From Podarcis vaucheri (lineage: Eukaryota), in the NCBI GenBank assembly GCA_965113315.1, contig OZ220364.1: 64,000 nt of DNA. One strand, given 5' to 3'. The position numbers and the translations under genes are program-made. Shown here piece by piece: positions 12,758 to 22,479 of this stretch. Position 1 is the stretch's first letter. Each line of letters begins with the position of its first letter. The notes beneath the pieces are model-generated. The model was not told the DNA's origin, did no database searches, and saw nothing but the letters and a program-made list of their open reading frames with translations.

Positions 12758-13131
12758 CTCCCACCTGCATGTTTTCAGCAGCACCGGAGCACAGAGAGGA
12801 AGGAACGGAGCACAGAGAGGAAGGAACGACACTCTGCTTTCCCCTCTTCTTTCCTGGAGGGGAGGGGCTTTCCCTGCTCTTTGTTCCGTTTGAGCAAACA
12901 CAGTAAGGAAACAGAGAGGGTGGGCAGTAAGACCCTGAGGCAGAATGCAGGAATGCACCCACTTCCTCTTTTCAGGTTTCCCTTTCAGGTTTCCCAGCTC
13001 CCTGAAGCGCGGTTTGATTTTTGCCCGATTTTTCGGCTCCAGGGACCACACATTCGCTGCATAACACGCACAGACATTTCCCCTTCCTTTTTAGGAGAAA
13101 AAATCTGCGTGTTATAGAGCGAAAAATACGG
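11761..13131. mobile_element. Non-autonomous Tc/mariner (Tc2/pogo-like) DNA transposon, 1371 bp
   Basis: Perfect 26-bp TIR CCGTATTTTTCGCTCTATAACACGCA; TA at 11759-11760 and 13132-13133; no transposase ORF. Confidence 0.92.
11901..12584. repeat. ~150-bp tandem repeat (4.5 units) inside the transposon
   Basis: Unit starts at 11901, 12054, 12209, 12359 and 12508; each unit contains GATCCATGTGGATCC. Confidence 0.95.
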
Positions 13132-13974
13132 TAATTTGATTAAGCTGTCATTTCCCCACTTGGAAGAAGTCCTGTTTTAAGAAGTTGTAAGAAAGCTTTG
13201 GGTCCTGCTGTCAAAACCTGACGCTCATCAGCTTTCTGTCCCAATTGCATGGGGAAGAAAAAAGATGTGAGGTTTTGCTTTTCTCCCCCTCCCCCCCCCC
13301 TGTTGCAGAGAGAGAGAGAGATGCAAGCAGCTAAGTTTTAGCCTTACTTACCAGGCAGAACTGTCCTGGTGTTGGGGTTGCCTGGGGCAGTGCCCTACAG
13401 GTGGGAAAGGGATGCAGTGACACGTAACCCGTTTTCTCCCCCCGCAAAACCATATTCCTTTCCTCCAAGATGCTGCTTGCGCAGTTGTAGTAAACCTCTG
13501 TGCCATTGTTGTTGTTGTGATGTTCTGATGCTTAGGGGGCGGAGGCAGTGGAGGGGAGGGAGGGCCCAGGGCTCTGCGGAAAGAGCCACCAGGGGGTGGG
13601 AGTGTGTTCTGCCAGGCCTCTAGACAAGCATGGCTTACCAGAAGAGGAGGGGAAATAACACTCATTTTCCTAACTGAGCTCAGGCACTGTGCCTTCCTAC
13701 TGGGATCGACCTTAAGGGACTCCAGGAACTTCCCAGCCTCTTCAGCCCGCTGGAAACTTAAGGTGGAAAGGCAAGGAAGACGTCAAGAGAGATCTTCCCT
13801 CCACAAGCCCCTGTGGGGAATGGTGGGAATGGGAGCGAGCAGGGCCCTGTTTGTAATTTGATTGGATCCGTAAGAGGGGCCACCTGTGCAGCGAGTGTCT
13901 TTAAGTGTTCCTGAGATGTGATCTCTTGTGCCACCTCCAATCTTGATCGTGTTTGAGAAATCCAGGATGATAAC

Positions 13975-14150
13975 CTACAAATAAGACGTCCAACAAAGCT
14001 GCATGTTGGAAGGTTTGGGACAGATGAAGCAAAGTGCTTCTTCACTCAGTGCATGTGGAACTCCCTCTAGAAGGAGGCAGTGATGATGGTCACCAACCTG
14101 GACCTTAAAAGAGGTTTCTTTTAGATGAATTCATGGAGAAGAGGGCTCTG
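13975..14150 (+). mobile_element. Old CR1 3' fragment
   Basis: Degenerate CR1 ORF2 C-terminal sequence (TTCTTCACTCAG...TGGAACTCCCT...TTAGATGAATTCATGGAG). Confidence 0.55.
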
Positions 14151-14193
14151 ATGGCTCTGCTGAGCCTCCACAGATGGGGACAGTAATTCCACT

Positions 14194-14226
<33 letters not shown>

Positions 14227-14228
<2 letters not shown>

Positions 14229-14362
14229 TTTCGTAGATTTTCACGGGTACAGGAATGCAGGTTTTGGTGTCTTCGGGTGTCTTCCCGTGTAAGAGTCGGG
14301 GTGTCTGGGCGACGTTTCGACGAGGTCTCACTCGTCATCTTCAGGCTGGTGCTTTCGGCTTC
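14227..14362 (-). mobile_element. Penelope-like element terminal fragment adjoining a (TA)n tract (14196-14226)
   Basis: Signature GACGTTTCG...CATCTTCAGG, typical of PLE terminal repeats; CpGs are still intact. Confidence 0.7.
14309..14346 (-). ncRNA. Minimal type-I hammerhead ribozyme motif (candidate)
   Basis: Minus strand reads GC-CUGAAGA-U-GACGAG-ugagac-CUCGUC-GAAA-C-GUC-GC: complete core, perfect 6-bp helix II, palindromic ACGU helix III, only 2-bp helix I. Confidence 0.6.
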
Positions 14363-14365
14363 TTG

Positions 14366-14770
14366 TTATTCAAAGTTTAAGGTTTCAAAAAGAAAAAAGA
14401 ACAATACAAAATATAAAAAAGAATACAACAGTAACAGAAAAGAAAGAAAAAGAAGGTATAAAAATACATTCTATTAAAAAAAATTAACAAAAAAGAACAG
14501 ATTAAACCTTTACATAGCTTTCTTCCTTTACTTATTTCCTTGACCTCCTCACACCTCCCAATTTTGTATTCTAATTCAAGTCGTTTTTTCAGCAAATCCT
14601 TCCAACCTTATTTTCATTTAAGTAATTTAATTTAAAATAATATAGTTTAACGTCCTCTCTTTCATCACTTTCATCAGTTTCTCTCATACTCTGGTTTCTC
14701 TTCTATGGTTTCTCTCATACTCTCATACTCTGGTTTCTCTTCAGATCATATAAATCTTTCGCCTTTTAGT
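14366..14770 (-). mobile_element. L1-clade 3' UTR fragment related to 42780-43160
   Basis: Shares GACCTCCTCACACCTCCC...TTTTGTATTCTA...TTTCAGCAAATCCTT with the reverse complement of 42920-42976. Confidence 0.75.
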
Positions 14771-15895
14771 AATTCCACTTGTTGGAAACCGCAGGAGGGG
14801 AGAGTGCCCTTGTGTTCGAATCCTGGCTTCCCACAGGCATCCGGTTGGCCACAGGATGCTTGGATTGCATCAGGACCATTGGCTTGATCCAACAGGCTCT
14901 TCTTGGCTCTTTTGTAGCTTCTTATAGAAATCCAGCCTGAGAAAAGAGAAGTTTCTCTCTCAGTTCACTGATCCATGCCCAGTGCTGCCGGTTAGTCCAG
15001 AAAAAGTGGCCCACCTCCATCCAAGAATACATAAATACCTCAAGGTGCAGCTTGTGGATGGGGAGAAATCTGTGATGAGTAAAAGCAGAACATCTGAGAA
15101 ATTCCCTCCTGCTGGCCTGCTCATTTGATTGCACCACAGTGGTAGAGTTAGTGTGTAGTTTGCACAATTTTTTTAACAGTTCAAGGAGTCAAAGAGCAGG
15201 ACAAAGTCATCTGCTTACTACTTCATTGTGGTACCGAAGATTCTTTTTGGCCGTTGAGTTTATATTCAAGGAGCTGCAAGCGAATGCTGTTCGTCTGTGG
15301 CCGGGGTGGGAAACTTGTGTGGTCTCCAGATGCTGGTGGACTCCAACTCCCATCAGCCCCAGTCAGCATGACCAGTTGTTTGGGGATGATGGGAGTTGCA
15401 GTTCAGCGACGTCCAGAGGCATGCAATTTCCTCATCTGCAGGCCTTCAAATACGTCACATAGTATTCACCTTAAGGAATCTTGGGAAAGAGCCAACGATG
15501 CAAAGCAAATACTATACATGCCATGTGTACCAAAGCCACCCAAAATACAGGTAGACAGTCATGCAAATGCAGCCTTTGTGCAAATTCCCATTCTTAGCAG
15601 AAGTTTAGAAACAGAATGGCCAGGTGTTTTCATGTTTTGGAAGCCACCCAGAGTGGCAGGGGCAACTCAGCCAGATGGGTGGGTTATAAATAATAAAATG
15701 ATGGTGATGATGATGATGATGCAAGCCGTGCCTGTTGGAATCCCTTCTTCTGCAAAGCTCTGAAAGGTAAGGAGTCCTGTCCTCTTCCCCCCCCCCCTTC
15801 TGCCCTGTTTCAAAGTTGTTGAATGAATCTTCTCTCTCCTCAGCACAGGAGTTGGAAGTTGGAAGTTTCACTGTGTTATTTTCATTCCTTCTCAG

Positions 15896-16058
15896 CTCGG
15901 CACATTCAGGTCTCATGATGGAGAGTATTTTGTAGAGCCACTGATACCGCCTGACCAGCAAGAGTATGCAGAAGAGCACAAAAAGCCACACGTGGTCTAC
16001 AGACACAGCGTACCTCCGACAGCCGTGCCAAGGGACAAGCAGACTTGCGACACTTCAG
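15896..16058 (+). CDS. ADAMTS9: ADAMTS9 exon 3 (prodomain)
   Basis: Acceptor ttctcag|CTC; reads LGTFRSHDGEYFVEPL...KPHVVYRH...TCDTS; donor CAG|GTAATC; 163 nt. Not in the ORF track. Confidence 0.96.
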
Positions 16059-16518
16059 GTAATCCCATATTTTGCTTTCCCCTGACCTTTAGCATTGAGT
16101 TTGCAGGAGGTAAGAATAATTTTGAAACCATCCAAGATAGCCCACGAGGATTGGAATCCTAAATTGGGGATGAAGAATTGATGGATGTGGGCTGCTTACT
16201 TTCTAAGAATATCTCTCTGGAATGGATAATCTAGTCCCGTTGTTCAGCTGAGTTGGCTTTGGTCTCTAGCATTATTGATTGCCCCAAGGCAAAGCTCAGC
16301 TCCTTTCAGGTCCGCCTTTCATCTCTTGTGCTTGAATTTTCCCTTTTTGTTTCACACTGCTTGTGGAGCTGTGCCCCCTTTCTCCTTCAAACTACAAGGG
16401 CACAATATTGCATGAAACTCAGTCCATAATGCAGGAGGCAGGAGGGAAGGGGAGAGCTCCTCCGGCCTTCTCTCTCATAGTGTTTGTGCACAAATACATT
16501 TACTTATAATGTAAGTAA

Positions 16519-16900
16519 GGGATGCGGGTGGCGCTGTGGTCTAAACCATTGAGCCTCTTGGGCTTGCCGATCAGAAGGTTGGCGGTTCGAATCCGCACAA
16601 CAGGGTGAGCTCCCCTTGCTCTGTCCAAGCTCCTGCCTACCTAGCAGTTTGAAAGCACACCGGTGAAAGTAGATAAATAGGTACCGCTGTGGCAGGAAGG
16701 TAAACAGTGTTTCCATGTGGTCTGGTTTCTGTCACGGTGTTCTGTTGCGCCAGAAGCGGTTTCGTCACGCTGGCCACATGAACCGGAAAGCTGTCTGTAG
16801 ACAAACGCCGGCTCCCTCGGCCTGAAAGCAAAATGAACACCACAACCCCATAGTCGCCTTTGACTGGACTTAACCGCCCAGGGGTCTTTTACCTTTACCT
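16519..16900 (+). mobile_element. Sauria SINE
   Basis: tRNA-like head (GGTGGCGCTGTGG, GGTTCGAATCC), (ACCTTT)n tail, 15-bp TSD TACATTTACTTATAA at 16495-16509 and 16901-16915. Confidence 0.9.
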
Positions 16901-17238
16901 TACATTTACTTATAAGAATAAATACATAAATAATTTTTTTATGACCCTTGGGGTCCCTTCCAACTTTACAACTGTATGATACATGCTTAAAACTGAAGAT
17001 ACAGTTAATGCATTGCAGGCTGGCATTGCTACTTTCATTAACATAAGAACGTAAGGAGAGCCCTGCCTCCAACAGTGGAGATAGATCATAGCCATGGTGG
17101 ACTCTTGATAGCCTTACTTTCTTTTGCCTTTTGTTCTTACATCTCTGCTGGCTCTTCCAAGATTTAGCTTCAGTAGATGTCACTGAGTTCTAGTATTAGG
17201 TAAAGGTCCATTTTCTTCACACCATGCATAATCTTATA

Positions 17239-17447
17239 CAGTGGTACCTCGGGTTACATACACTTCAGGTTATATGCAGGTTACACACTCTGCTTCAGGT
17301 TAAGAACTTTGCTTCAGGATAAGAACAGAAATCAGGCTCCAGTGGTGGGAGGCCCCATTAGCTAAAGTGGTGCTTCACGTTAAGAACAGTTTCAGGTTAA
17401 GGGTGGACCTCCGGAACAAATTAAGTACTTAACCCGAGGTACCACTG
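17239..17447 (+). mobile_element. CAGTGGTACCTC-family MITE
   Basis: TIRs and TA flanks; internally shortened. Confidence 0.9.
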
Positions 17448-18036
17448 TATACTGATTTGGAAGACAAGAGCTGAGAGTAAGATTACCACGTAATGATACA
17501 GGCCTATAGAACCTTGCAAAACATCTCAGATGAGACCTCTTGGTCACAGGCTGATGTTGATCACTAAAACGACACTCCAGGAGAAACGTCCTGCTCCACT
17601 CTCCACTCTCCACTCCCATCTCACACACTTCACCAGCATCTGGCGTAAATATCCATAGTGGGTTTGCATGGGGGGAACCATCCACCGCTGTGCCAGGAGA
17701 CAACTACAACGTTCCTGCCAGTTGCTTCATTGCAATACATCCGCGCGTTTATGAGAGAGGCATGAAGAGCCATATTTGCCTAAAACACATGTATGGATTT
17801 TTGTGTGTGTGTCCACATATATTTGGGGAGCAGGGATGCCATTGACTTATGTTGCGCTTTGCTGTCATTATAGCATCCTTGAACCCCCTGCAATGCAGGA
17901 ATATGCAACTGTCTCATGCAAGGGTTGAACCATGGCATGATCAGCACAAACGCTCTCTGTCTATAACTAGATTCCCCCTGCCCCAACTTCAACACAACAT
18001 GTCTTTTTCTCTCTGTGCGTCTGTTTGCATCCAATA

Positions 18037-18506
18037 CAGTGGTACCTCGAGTTACATACGCTTCAGGTTACATACGCTTCAGGTTACAGACTCCGCTAAC
18101 CCAGAAATAGTGCTTCAGGTTAAGAACTTTGCTTCAGGATAAGAACAGAAATCATACTCTGGCGGCACGGCGGCAGCAGGAGGCCCCATTAGCTAAGGTG
18201 GTGCTTCAGGTTAAGAACAGTTTCAGGTTAAGAACGGACCTCCGGAACAAATTACAGTGGTACCTCAGGTTAAGTACTTAATTCGTTCCAGAGGTCTGTT
18301 CTTAACCTGAAACTGTTCTTAACCTGAAGCATCACTTTATCTAATGGGGCCTCCTGCTGCTGTCACGCCGCCGGAGTCTGATTTCTGTTCTTATCCTGAA
18401 GCAAAGTTCTTAACCTGAAGCACTATTTCTGGGTTAGTGGAGTCTGTAACCTGAAGCGTATGTAACCTGAGGTACCACTGTAAGTACTTAACCCGAGATA
18501 CAACTG
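18037..18506 (+). mobile_element. CAGTGGTACCTC-family MITE (outer copy, interrupted)
   Basis: Left TIR at 18037; decayed right TIR ends at 18506; split at the TA of AATTAAGTAC. Confidence 0.9.
18255..18480 (-). mobile_element. CAGTGGTACCTC-family MITE (inner copy, inverted)
   Basis: Complete TIRs with TA duplicated at 18253-18254 and 18481-18482. Confidence 0.92.
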
Positions 18507-19263
18507 TAATTTACTTCTTACTGTCCCTGTATTCCAACTGCCTGGGTGCATTTCGGCCTAGTGCGCCAGCTCGCGTGCCGTCCATCGCATGCAGGAGAGA
18601 GGCAACCCGGAACTGGAGAGATGTGGGAGCTGTGAGGTGTTCAGAGACGCAAACTACAGTCACCGGGATTATTTGGCGAGGAAGCCGTGACTCTCAATGC
18701 GGAATAAGCACTTTAAATGTGCGCTTCTGCAGAATGAATACTGCACCTGAAACCCCCAGTGCTGGTCCTCACACTGAGTAGGATTGTGTCAAAATTTTGC
18801 CTGTGAAATAACTTAAGTCTCTCTTGTTCCAGGTCCCCTCTCTTCTGCTCCAGGTGCCATCTTTGATTGCTATTCGTAACATGATTCCAGCTTGTCAAAT
18901 ACCATGCTGGGGGTGGTCAGGCAAACCTCTCACATATTTAAATACCACATGGAGGGGGTGGCTGTTCCCTGAGACTGCTCACCACACCTGCCTGTAGCAG
19001 CGTGTTTGGCGAGCGGGTAAAGAGGTCCCCTGCGCGTGTACTAGCTATGCACACAAAACAACCTTTTGCAAGGGTCTTTCTGGGTCTTACAGAAGAAGCC
19101 CTGTTTGCATACATCCGTACATGTCTCAGGTCCTTTGTGCTCACTGAGCATGGAAGTGAAAAGCATGACTGGCAGATGAATCAGTGACCAGGGAGTGGGC
19201 TATCCCTTGACCTCAGGCATGTTTAAGATGCGCAAAGGGGTTTGTTTATATGCAACGATGCTA

Positions 19264-20135
19264 CCGTATTGGCCCAAATATAAGCCGCACTTTCCCCCCC
19301 AAATTCCGACAGTGAAAAGTTAAAGTGTGGCTTATATTCGCGGGCTTATGATATCGCTGCTGAAACAGCCTAGGATGCCACCACGAGGGCTGTCGGGGGG
19401 TGCAGGACAATGGTGCCCGCCTTGTCCACTGCTCCCAAGCCTCCCCCGAGCCGTCAGAGCGAAGAGGGGGAGGCCGCGGGCAAAGTGGGCGGGAGTGCGG
19501 GCAGTGGCGCACAGCCTGCCCGCTGCTCCCAAGCCTTGTAACTGCTGCTGGAGCCCTAGCAAACAGGGTGGCGGACTGCTGGCGGCTGGTCGCCAGTGCC
19601 GCCACTTCCCACTGTGGGCCTCCGCTGTCGGGGGGGGGGGTGCCCGCCCAGTGCCGGGAGCAGCGGGCCGTGGGATGGCGAGTGCTGGCAGGGGCTGCCG
19701 CACCACCACCACCATGTGATCTCCTTCTGCCTGCCCCGCCACTGTTAATGTAGTGGGGGACATCTTCCTGGCGCAGAATATCTTTTCTTGCCCAGTTGGC
19801 CCCTGCCACTGCTGTTAGGGAGCAGGGGGTGCCCACCCAGCATGGAGGGGGCAGCCAGTGGTGGGTTGCAGGTGCCCGGGTAGGCCACCTCCACCCTATG
19901 CCAACCTATCCCAGCTGCACTGTGTAAGGCTGGCACTTTGGAGGACTGTTGGGGCCTCTTTGACAGCCCCCCATCATTTCCTAGTGCGCTGTGCGGGTCC
20001 TCTAGGGCCACAAATGTTTGCTTGGACCACGTGGTTGCTGCTATGTGGTCATCTTATATTTGGGTATTGTCTTTTTTTCTCTCCCCGCCCCCCCCCTGAA
20101 TTTTAGAGGTTTGGTTTATATTTGGGGCAATACTG
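19264..20135. mobile_element. Non-autonomous Tc/mariner (Tc2-like) element with GC-rich interior
   Basis: TA-CCGTATTGGCCCAAATATAAGCC ... GGTTTATATTTGGGGCAATACTG-TA, an imperfect TIR pair. Confidence 0.75.
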
Positions 20136-21597
20136 TATGTGAGAATATCACTAAGGCGAAATGAAGCTGATCATTTGCCTTCACTATGAATGTTTGTGTT
20201 GCGGGGGGGGGCACACGTTTCCGCCTTTTTCCTAATGCAACTTGGTCACTTCTTTCTGACCTCCGGAAGCTGTGGGCATTTATAGATAATTTGAAATGAA
20301 GATAAACTTTTTTTAAAAAAACTTTTTGTTTTTAATCATTTGTTACCCATTCCAATACTCAAGTGGAATATTCTGGCATACAATGGGGGTGGGAGAGAAC
20401 AGTTTGCCAATACAGAGTAAATAATTAAATAAGAAAAAATAAGAAAAAAATCTATACTTGCACACCATTATTAACGTCTTTGTTATCGCATAAACAGAGA
20501 AAATAAAGTACATGATGTTCCTATGCTACAGGAAAAGGGTTAACAGCTGCCTCCACCGCTCTTGCAATTCTTATGAAACACTATCTTAATAATAAACATT
20601 GCTTTGATTCTTAAACCACTCTCAATACCTCTTTTCCAATATTTTTATATAGAACTTTACAAACCTGTAATGGGATCTATTTATGCCAACATTGTAAAGA
20701 GACTTCTTTCCCCCCAACTTACCATAGTTGCTTCCCACAGTTTCGCTTGTGATATTTTATGTATTAATATCCTGTGCCAGATGCCTGTGTACTATTCCCC
20801 TTAGAGATGACGTTCATTGTTTTGATGTGCTTTTAAACGGTATTTGGCTCTCAAGGTCCAGGCATCTGCCACAGCACTCATCCCGAGCTAATTCTCTTTG
20901 TGTTGTGGGCAGGTAGTCTTTTGCCCAGGCCATCATCTTAATCATAGCTGCTTTGTTGTGGTTTTTCTTTATCGTTAATCGTTCATGTTCATTGGTGTGT
21001 AGCGGGCTTGAAGCAGGAATTCATTTGATTCCAGTTTACTTAGCTGGGCTGACTGGAACTAGTGGTGCAAAAATTAGTATTATGGGTAAAGCGATCGAAC
21101 GAGTGAGGGAAAACCCCTTGCCAGGAGTTGCGTTAACATGTAGACAGCTCTGCTGTCCACCACTCGTTCCGATGGCCTGCCATGAGTTGGAAGCCGAAAT
21201 CCTGGAGCAGGGATCTGCATAAGAAAAGCCCTGCAGGATCAACTACAGGCCCATCTAGTCTAGTTTCCTGTTCTCACAGGGGCCAGAGGAAACTCACATG
21301 CTGGAGATGAGGGCAACAACATTCTCCTCACTTGGGATTCCACCGCCCTCAACAGCAGAGGAGGCTTCTCATGTTAGCATCCTGATCTTCCAATGTGGGG
21401 ACCTTCCACAAGTACATGGGGCTCCCCACTTCAGTCAATGCCCCTTCAGTTCATGGGGGAGGCAGGTGGAATAGTAGTGGGGGTGGAGTTAACACTCACC
21501 TCTCCCATGGAGCACCCACCCCATGTTAATTTAATACAGGAAAATTATGGCTGAAGAGAACTAGAGAAAGCATGAGAGATCTCTTAATAGCAATCAG

Positions 21598-21919
21598 TAG
21601 GGCTGGGCAATATATCAATAAATTGCCCCAAACCGGTTTGAAGTCCGTATTGTGATATCGGTTTCATAATTTTTGATCTGGCAGTATATCATGAATCATG
21701 GTGTGTGTGCTATGCGGGGAAAACTGTGAAGCCAGCCAGTGCTTCTCTTGATTCCTGCAGCCCCTTTTATCTCTGCCAGCTCAGCTCTCTCCTGCCAGGA
21801 AAAATCACAATGTGGGGAAAACCATGAAGCCAGCCATTGACTCTGCATAGCTCCATCCTTATTTCAGACATCGTGATATATCGATGTATCACAATGTTGA
21901 AACCAGATATCGCCCAGCC
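21598..21919. mobile_element. hAT-like non-autonomous element (TAGGGCTGGGC..ATATC)
   Basis: Inverted ends GGCTGGGCAATAT / ATATCGCCCAGCC; the right end abuts another repeat. Confidence 0.55.
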
Positions 21920-22124
21920 AGGGCTGGATTTAGGTTTGATGAGGCCCTAAGCTACTGAAGGTAATGGGGCCCTTTATATGTCCAGCTGTCCTTTGTCAAC
22001 AGCTGCTTTTTGTGTTGAATATATGCTATATGGACCATGTAAGCAGTCCATGCAGAATGTAGGCACCCTATATATAGAAATGAGCAGGCTAGCAGGCAGG
22101 GCCCATTTCTTACATCACAAGTAC

Positions 22125-22436
22125 GTATACCTGAAGGAGAGGAGCATCTCCACCCCCATCGTTCACCCCGGACACTGAGATCTAATGCTGAGGGCCTTCT
22201 GGCGGTTCCCTCGCTGTGAAAGGAACCAGACAGAGGGCCTTCTCAGTAGTGGCACCCAACCTGTGGTATGCCCTCCCTTCAGATGTGAAGGAAATAAGCA
22301 GCTATCCTGTCTTTAAAAGACATCTGAAGGCAGCCCTGTTTAGGGAAGTTTTTAATATTTAATGGTGTACACTTGATTGGGAGCCGCCCAGAGTGGCTGG
22401 GGAGACTCAGCCAGATGGGCAGGGTATAAATAATAG

Positions 22437-22479
<43 letters not shown>
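22125..22479 (+). mobile_element. L2-clade LINE 3' fragment with (TTA)n tail
   Basis: RAFSVVAP.LW-type ORF2 end; 3' UTR CCCAGAGTGGCTGGGG...GGTATAAATAA. Shorter copies at ~15625-15722 and ~49230-49370. Confidence 0.8.

Noticed and set aside
19261-19836. Cluster of overlapping 117-191 aa ORFs
   Set aside because: Expected in very GC-rich transposon interior; no transposase or other recognisable motif.
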